A program made the translations under genes and the position numbers. From the human T2T-CHM13v2.0 reference genome, Homo sapiens, in contig CP068257.2 of the NCBI GenBank assembly GCA_009914755.4, positions 43,456,001 through 43,520,000 on the forward strand: a stretch of 64,000 nt of DNA, written 5' to 3'. The notes beneath the pieces are model-generated. The model saw only the letters and a list, made by a program, of their open reading frames with translations, was not told the DNA's origin and made no database searches. Below, piece by piece: positions 28,501 through 40,961 of the stretch. Within the stretch, counting starts at the first letter, position 1, and the number at the start of each line of letters is the position of its first letter.

Positions 28501-29470
28501 TACTGGCACAGCAAATCCATCAAGTGCTGTGAATGATAAATGTGTTTTAATACAACTTGCAGTGTACTTGCTGTTGGTACAAGGCATGTTAAATCCTCAG
28601 TGGTCCCTCTTTTCATAGCATTGCTGTGGCACTGGCATTTCCCTTTGTTAGGAGATAGTGGGGTATAAACCCATTGTGGAAACCCCTTCAGCTTGACAAA
28701 TTTGGAGTCATGCTATTTTCAGAAGAGGATTTCCTGCGACTAGGAGCAGTCACCCAGAGAAAGCTCTGGAAAGGTGGTGGTGCTGGGGTTGAAGATGAGC
28801 TGCTGGCCCCTGGCATGTCAGTGGGCGGAGGTGGGAGACGTGCAGAGCTGCCTATCCCACAGTACTTCCCTTTCCCCATCCACCCTTTCAGGTGGCTCAC
28901 TCCCCACCAGTTTCGCAGGATGGCTCAAGGCAAATGGAGAAAACGGCACAGATTGAAACTCTTGGCCGTAGCTTGCGAGCTTGCCTCTTAGCACCTCCAA
29001 CCACGATCTCCTTGAATGTAGTCTCCTCAGTCTCTCTTTTTTGTGTGAGGAATATAAAGTTTCTAGTTGCCTTTTCGCATAATCTCATAGCTCTTCTGCA
29101 CCTGTGGTTCCTTAGCTCTTATCTGAGACCGTGGCAGGCAGACAGCTGGTTGCAGTGGTTGGTTAGTTGTTTCATATGGTTGATCATACAGCAGCTACTT
29201 GGTCCCATTGTTATTGATAGTATTGTATAAAATCAGTTGTCATTGCTGGCATTTTTTTTTGTTCTGTTGCCTGATTATTTGTTTTCTAATACATTTTTAT
29301 TGTGAGATACCTTTCTTGAACATGGACACATATATAAGAGAATAATTTTAATTGCATGTCCATGTAACTCTCACCCAGGTTAAATAGACACTGTGTACCT
29401 CACAGTTTCCTTCATGCTCCTCCCTGATGATAACTCCCCCTCATCCATATGACACATCTAATATATACTA

Positions 29471-29494
29471 CGTGTGTGTGTGTGTGTGTGTGTA
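29471..29494. repeat. (GT)12 microsatellite adjoining an Alu tail
   Basis: gtgtgtgtgtgtgtgtgtgtgtgt. Confidence 0.95.
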
Positions 29495-29802
29495 TAATTA
29501 ATTATAATTATTATTATTTTGAGACAATGTTTTGCTCTGTGGCCCAGGCCAGAATGCAGTGGTGTGATCACAGTTCTCTGCAGTCTCAACTTCCTAGGCA
29601 TAGGTGATCCTCCCACTGCAGCTTCCAGAGCAGTTGGGATTACAGACATGAGCCACCACTCCGGGCTAATTTTGTTTACTTTTTATAGAGATGGTGTCTC
29701 CCTGTGTTGCCCAGGCTGTTCTTGAACTCTTGGGCTCAAGCGATCCTTCCGCCTCTGTCTCCCAAAGTGCTGGGCTTACAGGTGTGAGCCATCGTGCTGG
29801 CC
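29495..29802 (-). mobile_element. Alu SINE, minus orientation, with A/T-rich tail (ataattaattataattattattatttt)
   Basis: gagacaatgttttgctctgtggcccaggccagaatgcagtggtgtgatcac ... gctgggcttacaggtgtgagccatcgtgctggcc. Confidence 0.9.
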
Positions 29803-30107
29803 TTTTTGTTTGTTTTTGAGACAGTGTCTCACTCTGTCACTCAGGCTGGAGTGCAGTGGCAGGATTATGGCTCACTGCAGCCTTGAACTCCCAGGTTCAA
29901 ACAGTCCTCCCGCCTTAGCCTGCTGAGCAGCTGACACCACAGGTGCACACCAGCATGCCTCGCTGAGTTTTTAATTTTTTGTAGAGATGGGGTTTCCATG
30001 TGTTGCCTAGGCTGATCTTGAACTCCTGGCCTCACGTGATCCTCCTGCCTTGGTCTCCCAGAGTGCTGGGCTTATAAGTGTGAGCCACTGTGTTTGGTAA
30101 TATCCTA
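29803..30107 (-). mobile_element. Alu SINE, minus orientation, directly abutting the previous Alu (tandem pair)
   Basis: tttttgtttgtttttgagacagtgtctcactctgtcactcaggctggagtgcagtggc ... gctgggcttataagtgtgagccactgtgtttgg. Confidence 0.9.
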
Positions 30108-30532
30108 TATTTTGAAATAATACTGTCCTTTTCTTTTTAATTTTACCATGTAAGAATGCATCCCCAATCAATGTAGTTCAGTTTTGCCTGTGATGGAACT
30201 TTATCCAAGGGGAGTCATCAGTATATTCTTTTGTGTTTCTCTTGATTTATTAATGAAGTGGATTACATAAATCGATTTTCATACATTAAATCATGTTTGC
30301 ATTCCCATCATAAATTCATCTTAATCATGTTTGATCGCTTTAAAAAATATTATTGGATTGAGTGTGATCACATTTTGTATACGATGTTTACACTGTATTT
30401 GTAAGATTGACTTACTGCTTCCTTTTCATCTTCACAGAAGTGTCTTGTTGAATGTTGGATTCACTTTCTAGAGAAGCCATCTAGTCATGGAGTGTTCTTT
30501 CCAGGATGATTTTTGTTTACTGACTATAATCC

Positions 30533-30572
30533 ATCCCTCCCTCCCTGCATTCCTTCCTTCCTTCCCTTTTCT
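30533..30572. repeat. (CCTY)n pyrimidine-rich simple repeat
   Basis: atccctccctccctgcattccttccttccttccc. Confidence 0.8.
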
Positions 30573-30875
30573 TCTCTTTTCTTTTTCTTGAGACAAGGTC
30601 TCACTCTGTCTCCCAGGCTCTAGAGTGTGATGGTGCAATTTCGGCTCACTGCAGCCTCTGCCTCCTGGGCTCAGACGATCCTCCTGCCTCAGCCTTCTGA
30701 GTAGCTGTGACTACAGGTGCACGCCACCACACCTGGCTAATTTTCTTTATTTTTTTTGTAGAGACAAGGTCTCACTATGTTGCCAGGACTGATCTTGAAT
30801 TCCTGGGCTCAAGCAGTCTGCCTGCCTCGGCCTCCCAAAGTGCTGGGATTCCATGCATGAGCTACTGCATCTGGC
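30565..30875 (-). mobile_element. Alu SINE, minus orientation
   Basis: cttgagacaaggtctcactctgtctcccaggctctagagtgtgatggtgcaatttcggctcactgcagcc ... gctgggattccatgcatgagctactgcatctggc. Confidence 0.9.
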
Positions 30876-30968
30876 TTCTAATTCTTTAATGTTTGTAGTT
30901 TTGTCAGATTTTCTGTTTCCTCCTGAGTTAGTGTTAATAAGTTGTATTTCTTTTCTTTTTAAATGGTG

Positions 30969-30969
<1 letters not shown>

Positions 30970-31015
<46 letters not shown>
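30970..31015. repeat. (TG)23 microsatellite occupying the tail position of the adjacent Alu
   Basis: Uninterrupted tgtgtg... run of about 46 bp. Confidence 0.95.
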
Positions 31016-31016
<1 letters not shown>

Positions 31017-31294
31017 CAGGGTCTCACTCTGGTTGCCTAGGCCGGAGTGCAGTGGTGCAATCTCAGCTCACTGCAGCCTCGACCATTCAGGCTCAGGTGA
31101 TTTCTCACACCTCAGCCTCCGAAGTAGCTGGGATGACAGGCGTGTGTTACTACGCCTGGCTAATTTTTGTATTTTTAGTACAGATGGTTTTGCTATGTTG
31201 CTCAGGCTTGTCTTGAACTCCTGGGCTCAAGTGATCCACCTGCCTCAGCCTCCCAGAGTGCTGGGATGACAGACGTGAGCTACCGCACCCAGCC
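31016..31294 (-). mobile_element. Alu SINE, minus orientation, flanked by a perfect 17-bp target-site duplication taataagttgtatttct (30935-30951 and 31295-31311)
   Basis: acagggtctcactctggttgcctaggccggagtgcagtggtgcaatctcagctcactgcagcc ... gctgggatgacagacgtgagctaccgcacccagcc; identical 17-mers on both flanks. Confidence 0.95.
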
Positions 31295-34200
31295 TAATAA
31301 GTTGTATTTCTCTTGGAGTTTCTTCATTTAACCTAAGCTTACAAGCTTTTTGGAATAAAGTTTATAAAGCCTCTTACTATATTTTTAGTGTTGTCAGAGT
31401 TTAAGTGATAATTCCATTTTGGTTTCTCTTGCCGCCTGATGACCCATTCCCAACTTAGTGACATAAACAACAATCACTTTATTAATGCTCAGCCAGGTAG
31501 CCTGAGTGTCTGGAGCTCTGCTTCTGGCTGTCAGCTGTGGCTTTCTTGGTTCTTCTCAGTGTCCTGTATGAGAAGGCTTCTTCAGTGAGGTGGCTGGCTC
31601 CCGCCTGGGGCTGACTAGACATCCTTCTCTGCATGTAGCCCCTGTGATCTCTTCAGAGCATCTGAGTTGGCTCCCCAGAGACAGTGTTCCCAGAAATAGG
31701 AGGTGGAATCTGGCTTCCTCTTCAGGTGCTGGTCTGGACCTGGCAGTACCACGCCTGCTGCGTTCAATGGGCCAGAGCAGTCACCCGCCTGCTGGGACTC
31801 ATTGGGGGAAGTAAGATCTTCCCACACAAGGACAGGAGAGTCACATTGTGGCCATCAGGCCTTCCTGCCCTCCAATTCAATTCCAAGGCTGGTTAATTTG
31901 GGCTTTTTCTCTTGTGTTCCCTTTCTGTGTTTCCATGAGTCTTGCCAGAGATCACTGGTTCACTGCATTGTCTTTTCAAAGAACCAATGTTTATCTTTGT
32001 GTACCTGCCGTTATATGTAATTAATACAGGTTGAATTTCTTACTAGTTCCCTTTTTCTGTTTTCTTTGAGCTTACTTTGTTCTTCTCTCCCTGACTTGTT
32101 CAGGTAGGCACTCTTTAATTTTTTTACTCCTATTCTAGCTTGAGCACCGAGCTATAAAGGTCCCTCTGATGTACTGCTTTATCTGTGTGCCACACAATTC
32201 TGTACATAATCTTTTCTAGTTTTAAGTTCTAAGTGTTTTCTGTTTTCTCCTGTGATTATTTTCTTTTGTCTATGGATTATTTAGAAGTGTATTGCTGAAC
32301 TCTCAGACATATGGGACTTTCTGGTTATACTTGGCTTGTTAATTTCTAGGCTCATGGTATTACGATCAGAGGGTGAGCTCTGTCTGATTTCAGCCACATG
32401 AAATATGTTGAGATTTTCTTTACGGCTGGGATATGGTCTATTTTTAGAAGTGGCTCATGTGTCCTTGAGGAGCTGATGTGTGATGCACTGTTAGGAGCAG
32501 CGTCTTGCATGTGACCGCCATGCAGCTTGTTAATTGTGTTGTGCAGATCTTCCATCTCTCCACTGTTTTGTTTTTTCAGCCGCTGTCTGCTGTCTCTGTC
32601 ACCTGCTCCTCTCCACTCCCTCCATGACAAAAAGACTCCGGTGTTTTTGACCATCTTTTATTGCGCCCCTACTGTGATCTTAGTCACGGGGCCAAGCACT
32701 CTACATCTGTTCCTCCATTTAATCCTCACGGCACCATCTGCGGCGGGTGTTCCTTGTGTCCTCGTCCTGTCCTCATAGGAGCAAGCCTGGAAGGGGCTGA
32801 GTCACTGTTCAAGTCACACGACTGCAAGGCTGAGGTCTAGGGTGGTGGCCTGGACCCCTCTTTCCTGGAAGCCATGCTTTTCCTGAAACCCCTTGCAATA
32901 CTCCTGGCAAGTATGGCAGTTTTACCTCAGTTGGTATGAGTGTACTCAAATGGGAGGCAACCATTCTCACACTTGATGTTTAGACTTTGCAGCTTCCAAA
33001 ACCCACTCTGCATATCACCTGCTCCCTCCTCAAAGTGGCTGGGCTTCCCATGCAGTTTCCCATCCTGCAGACGGCCCAGGGAGGTCAGATTTCTTGGCCA
33101 GGCTTGCAGAGTTGGTGGGACATGATGTGGGCACTAGAACCCAGTTCTGTAAATCTTGGTTTCATGTCCTTTCTGCTGTGTTTTTCTTTCTCTGTTTAGG
33201 CGGTGGACTTTTTGGTGTGTAAAGCTTCTAGAATGGATTTTACTTCTTTGTGGCTCTTTGGATTGAGGGAGGGGCTAGGTGCCATCTCCAGAGAAGCTTG
33301 TTCAGCTCATGCTCACTCGGGGCCCTTGCTCTCTGCCCACTGGGGAGGGGCTGTGGTGGAGCTGGATTCGGACTGAGTGGAGGCAACGCTGAAGGTCAGA
33401 GGCCAACGTCCTTGCACTTCTTGACACTCTCCACCCAGGCGTGGTGATTGGGACCGCTGGGGAGGGTGATTTGGGAGCTTGAATCTGGTGTGGGGATGAT
33501 GGGGGTCATTGATAGTGGGGACAGTTCTGGACATGTGGCCCTCATTCTCTGTGCTGGACAAGATGACTCTGTGACCTGTAATTCCAGGCTGATAGAGCAT
33601 TTTCAGTGACAGCCCATTTGACTTGATGGTGCTAGTGCAGGACACAGGTGAGCTTGTCTCTGTGTCTTAGGTCTGTCCCAGCAGATGAGCTGACGTGTGT
33701 TGTAGATGAATGTCAGCTGGTCACAGGTGGGAGGTTTGGAAGGTAGCCTCCAATCTCCTCTGAGGACTGCAGCAGCGACCGGGGCAGCAGGAACGCATTG
33801 TGATGGCCTGGCCAAGTCTGCATAGCGAGAGTCGAGCCACTTTCACGCGCACCTTATCCCACACTTCACCTCCTTCCTCCAGGTTCCCACTCAGAAACCC
33901 GCTCACCCCTGGACACACCTCCCAGAGACTTCTCTTTGGAACTCTGCAATGGAGAAACCCATTGCAGACTTCCCCTTCTTTTGGATATCAGTTTGCTTTT
34001 CAGGAAGAAAATTTTAATACTCCATATTGAGGTTTTATAATTATATTAGCATGTTGAAACATTTTCTCTAATGGCTTGCTGGTTGAAAACGCTTTCACAC
34101 AGAGCAGAAACTAGATGGAGATACTGTTTCACAACCTCTGCTTCAGAAGCAGAGGTGGCCTGTAGCTTCCAAACCCGGGCAGAGCACGTGCAGGGATGGT

Positions 34201-34978
34201 GCGTCTCTGTATCTGGACTCACATTCACATGTGTGCATGTGTAGGGGTGTGTGCATATTGAATTGTAAAAAAGATGAGTACGTGTGAGATTCTGCCTGAG
34301 ACTCCAGTCCTCAGTGTGTGGCCTGGTGCCGCTGATGCCGAGATGTTGGGCTGGCAGCGATCTGCCTCCGTCTGTCACAGGTGCCTCTACCTGCTGCAGG
34401 CAGACGGACGGAGACGTGATGGATTGCGCATATCCCCTTTACAGATTCGGAAGAGTACATTTAAAATAACTTAAATTTGTATTTAGAAGACTTTTCATGG
34501 AGAGTATTTATTGTTATAGAGTTCACTTCTGAAATGGTGACAAAGCTTTTGATACTGAATCAAACAAGTGTGAAGTTACCGAATCTCTCTGTTACACAGA
34601 GTGGAGCCTTTCAGGCTGGCATGGAGAGCTTAAGGGGCAACTGAAGGAGACACACTGGCCAAGCGCGGAGTTCTGCTTACTTCAGTCCTGCTGAGATACT
34701 CTCTCAGTCCGCTCGCACCGAAGGAAGCTGCCTTGGGATCAGAGCAGACATAAAGCTAGAAAAATTTCAAGGTGAGTAAAAACCTGTAAAGATCTGATCA
34801 AATCTGACTGGTAGAAATGCCTTTTTCTTGATATAAACCGCTTAATTAAGCCTTTTGGCTTGCCTTTGAAAGATGCTTTATTGAATACTTCCCAGCACAG
34901 ATGATCTGTTACTGTTGGTTGATTTCTAATCTTACTGCAGCCTTAGCTCACCCATGAGTCCCTCCTGCTTGTTCTGGG

Positions 34979-35053
34979 GTGGTGCCTGCTGCCCTCCAGT
35001 GGCATGTGTGGCACCTGCTGCCCTCCAGTGGCATGTGTGGCACTTGCTGCCCT
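34979..35053. repeat. Tandem duplication, 30-bp unit (gcacctgctgccctccagtggcatgtgtg) x about 2.5
   Basis: Directly visible consecutive copies. Confidence 0.9.
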
Positions 35054-35166
35054 CTTTGGGGTCAGTTCACCATTTATTGAGTCAGTGCTTCATGCCGGGC
35101 ACTAGACTTGGTGAAAGCCTTTTACCATCAATTATTATTTTCTTAGGAGTAATTAAAAGAAAATTT

Positions 35167-35470
<304 letters not shown>

Positions 35471-35861
35471 CTATCTCATGATTCAGCGTCTGCTTTTGAG
35501 AGAAGTTGTGACAAATACTAAAATCCCAGTAAAATTAGTATGGTGTCAGATTAATTTACTTATGAGCAGCTGAGTGACTAACTCAGGAAGTCCAGTTGTA
35601 CATTTCCAGGGAAGCTTTTTCATGGGTTCAGATGAGATGAGGGGAAAGAGAAGGTGTCAGAGGGCTGCTGCTGGCTGGAGGAACGCAGGTGTGCTCCTGT
35701 GTCCATTTGCTCTGTGGATACTGACGAGCGCCCACTGGGCCTCAGATGCCCTCTGGGCATGGCAGGGACCAGGCGCTCGCTTGGCAGCTCTCATGTGAGC
35801 CGCTCACTGGACACAGCCGTGCTCCCGCCTGGGAGTTCGGGATGGCATGCAGAGCTGTGGG

Positions 35862-35985
35862 GAGGGAGCGGTCACCAGGGCGTGAGTGTGGACAGATGGG
35901 AGTGGCTGGTGCAGAGCCATAGGTAGGGGGCGGTCACCAGGGCGTGAGCGTGGATGGATGAGAGTGGCTGGGAGCCTAGGGGGGA
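35862..35985. repeat. Tandem duplication, about 62 bp x 2 (g.gggagcggtcaccagggcgtgag.gtgga..gatg.gagtggctgg...)
   Basis: Two consecutive copies at about 85-90 percent identity. Confidence 0.8.
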
Positions 35986-38900
35986 CGCCGTCTTTGGGGA
36001 GTAGAGACACACCCATGTCTGACTACTGGGTTTTGAGTTTGTGCCAGCAAAGGTCCTGCTTGCCATTTCTGTCTGTAAATGTCAGGAATTTCAGGTAACT
36101 GGTTCCCTAGCGAGACCTTTAAAGGAGGCTTTATCTTCAACCGATGCTTTTTTTGGGGGGGTACACAGGCAGTCCAAGTATGGGAAGGTCAAAATCAGGT
36201 CACCTTTATCATGGCTTGTGCTGTGGGATGGGATTTTATTTTCAGCCACAGCGCTTCTTCTAGCTTAATTAGTGATAGGAAATCAGCTTCTCTGTAACCA
36301 GAGGTTATTGAAAGAATGAGGATCCCAGAGTTGGAATGAGTCTGAAAGAGACGTTGTGGTTTAATATTGCTAAGTTAAGTGTCGATTTGTGACTACCTAT
36401 TTTTAACATGCCACAGAAGTAAAACATTGCATTAATTATGCCATATATGTGAAATAGCAAGTATTTTTATATAATATAACTGTGCATTGGAGAAATGAAT
36501 TATTTATAATCCTTTGCACCAATAAATTGTTCTTAAAAGCATAGAAAAAATAATCAGGCCAGAAGGAGATATCTAAAGCATGTGCTGAGAAAGCAAAACT
36601 GAAGAGCTGGAAATTATAAAATATTACGACATGATGAGTCATATCTCCTCCTCCTGATTCTGTGTTACTAAATGCTAGCTGCGAATAGAAATCGTGTATT
36701 TCCTTTCTTTCATAAAATAAGAGCTAATTTCGGCAGCAAACAGTTTGGCGTGTTATTCTTTTCCCTTTTCAGGGTGGTTTAAATAAAAATAAATAAACAT
36801 GAAAGATTTTGGCTGGAACATCTTTGGAAGCACGGCCGTCCTCAGCCTCACTGCACTGTCTGGTTTCCCTCTGAGCCTCCCTCCCGGGTCCTGCCTTAGT
36901 GCTGTCTGTGCCGTGTAGCCACAGGTCGCACTGCAGGGCTGTGGGGAGTTATTTTTAGTTTCAGGCAGACTCACTGTTTTTGCCTTTCTTTTTGCTTGAA
37001 AAGACTGAAGTTATTTCTTGTGTTTTTATACATGAGATTATCTTCTGAGGCTGGAACATCTTGGGGGGATACAATAGATAGAATTCCTATAGTAATTCCC
37101 CTGCGCAAGAGGAATTGCTGAGGAGGGCTTCGGGAAACCTTGACTCTTGTTGAAGCCTGGAAAGCTTTCTCAGTCTTTCTCATTGCCACCCCACACCACA
37201 TCTTCTTTTTGTAACAAATATTTATTAACTCATCTTTTTATTTTAAAATGAAGTTCACAGAAGATATTACCTTATATAATTATAGCCATATAATGTTAAA
37301 AAGCAGTGTCATGCTGAAATGTAATATAAAGAGAAACTGAAGATACATAATAAAATAGTTTTCTATGCCACTGTATGGACATTTAGGCACTGCTGCTTTC
37401 ACTCGGATCACTGAGTGGTGTGGGCCTGTCAGTGCAGGCAGATGTGGGGTAGGTACTGAGCTGGTGACCTGAAAACCATAAGCAATAGAGCTGAGTGGCA
37501 TTACTTTCTGAAATGGTCAAACCTGAAGGAAGCAGTGTTCAGTCTTCCCTGTCTCTAGGTAGTCTCTGTATTTCTGGAACATTGAGTGTATGTTAAAAGT
37601 ATAGAAAAATGCATTGTGTCAATCCAAAACTCAGCTGGGCTGGGCTTAGAGAATTATGAGCAGCCTTTCCACCTGCATGGAAGTCCTTTTGTGCAGGACA
37701 GTTCTTTGTTTCCGGGGTGGCCCTGCTCCCTCCAGGAGGTTTAGGAGTGCCCATGTCACCATGATGCCTACGCCACTTCTCATGTTGCTACCTGTTGCTA
37801 CCACCGGGCATCGCTGCCGCCTCCTGCTCTGTGCACAGTGTGGTGTGGCCGCCTGACCGACTGGTCAGGAACTAAAGTTCTCTCGAAGCCTTGACTGAAA
37901 GGAGAAGTGAGGAGGGGCATGGAGCCCAGTGCCAAGAGGCAGCTGCGTCTTTAGGGGCTGGCACTTTTCAGAGGGGCTCTTGGGACCAGAAGGAAAGAGC
38001 CGTCATTCAAGGCTTACACAGCGTGGAGGTGCCCTCCCTGGGGTGTCCTGTGTGCTGACCTCTGTCCTGGTGCCTGGCGGTGTCCTGGCGCAGAGCTCCG
38101 CAAGCCTCTGCGGGGCTCTTCTCTGTGTGGAGGTTCTCGAGATGGGCAGTCCGGGTGGATGGTCAGGCCAATGAGGGCCTTCGAATGAAGCACATTATTG
38201 TAAGGATGCTAATTCTGGATCCTCAGATATTGTGACAAAAACTTGACATTTTTCTTCCTTCAAAGTAATTTATTGACTAAAATAACCAACTGAGCAAAGG
38301 TGATGTTTTAGTATCTAAATATTCCAAAAGATTACTGAAATTTTAAAGTAAAAATTTGGCCAAGAACGAGAAGTCTCTGAATGTGCTTTTCTGGCATGAC
38401 CCCTGTCACCAGGAAGCTGTCAGTGTGGTGTTGGGCCTGATTGATTCGCATCAGCTCAGGTGGCGTCCTATTGGAAGGTCGGCAGTGGGAGAGCAGCTGG
38501 CCAGGTCAGAGGATTCATTTCTGTCTGAAGCTTTGTGAGGAACTAAGATGGCTTTTCCAGTAGCCTCTGTCATTCCAGAGAGTTTTAAGATTGCTTTTAT
38601 TTGTTCTTCTACCCTGGAACTAGGAAGCCAGACCCAAGAAATGTATCCACACCAGGTTTTGCCCATAGTTTTTAAAAATGTTGAATTTCTTTAACTTGAG
38701 GCCCTCACAATTTTCTGGGCCCCCATAAGTTATAGAACAGGGACCAGGCCTGCTACCTTGTGGGGGCTGGGTGGGCACTGGCTCCCCAGGGCACAGATCC
38801 TTCCTGTGGGTGGGCTTAGGGGATGTGAGGGATTCACTTTCAGATGTGACACTCCAGATGTGGGGTTGGTGGCACATTTTTTTTGTCCGGTTACATCCAA

Positions 38901-39861
38901 GTAAAAAGGAGGACAAATTCTTACTGAACCTATGCAGTAAACTCCATTGTCAGGAAGAGTAAAGTGTCTTAGCATGAGTGTTCCTGAATTCTGAAAGTTC
39001 AGGAGAGTAAGATGTTACCTAGAGAGTGTTTTATTTCAGCTTTGAAAGCAGAGTCTACTGGATTTAGGGCTAGAGATAGACGAAGAAGAAAGAGAAGGGG
39101 CTTCTTTGAGCGCACATTAGAAAATACACCATAAAAGAAAATACCGACAATCTTCCAAAGCCACAGTCAGCGTTTCCCTGCCAGCTCCTCCAGTCTTCCT
39201 TCCTTCCTGTCTGCTGGGTGGCGGCTCATCTGTCAAGTTTTCACAGTCATGTGCTTCTGGGCGCAAAGCCCTGGTGAGCCCGGCTCGTTTCCCTGGTGGA
39301 ATCGGACAGTTGTCGAAGGGGTGTCAGCCTCTGTTCAGAAGCCTGAGCCCCTGATTCTGTTCCTTGAAGTGTCAGGAGTTAAGGTGCCTGTATTGAGCAG
39401 GGGCTGCCGTTGCTTCTGACTGAGGGTCCTCTTCAGGCCCACTGGCTCTTGGCAGAGCTCAGTTCCTTGTGACCATAGGCCTGTGGCGCTTGGCTCCTGG
39501 AGACTGCCCATAGCCCCTGCCCTGTGGCCCTCTTCCCAGCATGGCAGTTTGCCTCTCAAGGCGTATAGGCAGGGTCTCCCCTCTTCCTTTCCTCTCTGAC
39601 TTCTCTCATCCTTCAGGGGTTTACCTGATCAGGCCAGGCCCACCCAGGAAAATCTCCCTTTTGATGAACTCAGTCAGCTGATGAGATGCCTTAATTGCAT
39701 CTGTAAAATCCCTTCACCTTTGCCTTATGTAACACTATATCCCATCATGTTCACAGTTCCTCCCGCCTGCAAGGCAGGGGAGTGTACAAGGTGTGTACCC
39801 CAGGGGCAGGATGCTAACACTGCACTGACTGAGAAAAGAATTTGTCTTACCTGTACCTGAC

Positions 39862-40848
39862 AGGTGTGTACCTGAAAGAGGTGTGTGCCCGACGGTGTGT
39901 GCGACCGATGGGTGTATGCTCGACAGTGGTGTGTGCGCCCACCGGGTGTGTGCCCGACGGTGTGTGCGCCCGATGGGTGTGTGTGCCCGACAGTGGTGTG
40001 TGCGCCCGATGGGTGTGTGTGCCCGACAGTGGTGTGTGCGCCCGCCGGGTGTGCGCCCGACGGGGGTGTGTGCCCGACAGTGGTGTGTGCGCCCGACGGG
40101 GGTGTGTGCCCGACAGTGGTGTGTGCGCCCGACGGGGGTGTGTGCCCGACAGTGGTGTGTGCGCCCGACGGGGGTGTGTGCCCGACTGGTGTGTGCGCCC
40201 GACGGGTGTGTGTGCCCGACAGTGGTGTGTGCGCCCGATGGGTGTGTGTGCCCGACAGTGGTGTGTGCGCCCGCCGGGTGTGTGCCCGACAGTGGTGTGT
40301 GCCCGACAGTGGTGTGTGCGCCCGACGGGGGTGTGTGCCCGACAGTGGTGTGTGCGCCCGCTGGGTGTGTGCCCAACAGTGGTGTGTGCGCCCGATGGGT
40401 GTGTGTGCCCGACAGTGGTGTGTGCGCCCGCCGGGTGTGTGCCCGACAGTGGTGTGTGCCCGACAGTGGTGTGTGCCCGACAGTGGTGTGTGCACCCGAC
40501 GGGGGTATGTGCCCGACAGTGGTGTGTGCGCCCGCCGGGTGTGTGCCCGACAGTGGTGTGTGCGCCCGACGGGGGTGTGTGCCCGACAGTGGTGTGTGCG
40601 CCCGACGGGGGTGTGTGCCCGACAGTGGTGTGTGCGCCCGATGGGTGTGTGTGCCCGACAGTGGTGTGTGCGCCCGACGGGTGTGTGCGCCTGACAGGAG
40701 TGTGTCTGACATGGGTGTGTGAGCGCCCGGCAGGGGTACGTACACTCGGGGTGTGTGTGCCTGACGTGTGTGTGTGTCTGACATGGGTGTGTGCACCTGG
40801 CAGAGGTGTGTGCGCCCAGCAGAGGCATATGCCTGACAGAGGCGTGGC
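39862..40848. repeat. GC/GT-rich minisatellite (VNTR-like), about 1 kb, about 50 copies of an 18-19-bp unit (gcccgacagtggtgtgtgc / gcccgacgggggtgtgtgc / gcccgatgggtgtgtgtgc)
   Basis: Directly visible highly regular array. All long track ORFs here (39725-41000, both strands) are repeat artefacts (CARQWCVRPTGV.. / HTPLSGTHHCRA..). Confidence 0.95.
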
Positions 40849-40940
40849 TTAGTGTTCAGGGTCCATAGTACATGAAGAATCCTACAGATCCCTATGGACA
40901 AGGCAGTACAGTAGAATTTGGGGCAAAAGACTTGCACAGA

Positions 40941-40961
40941 TTTTTTTTTTTTTTTTTTTAC
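40941..40961. repeat. Poly(T) tract of about 20 nt
   Basis: Homopolymer run; the ORF track implies 19 T while the printed line shows 21, so the length is uncertain by 2. Confidence 0.9.
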
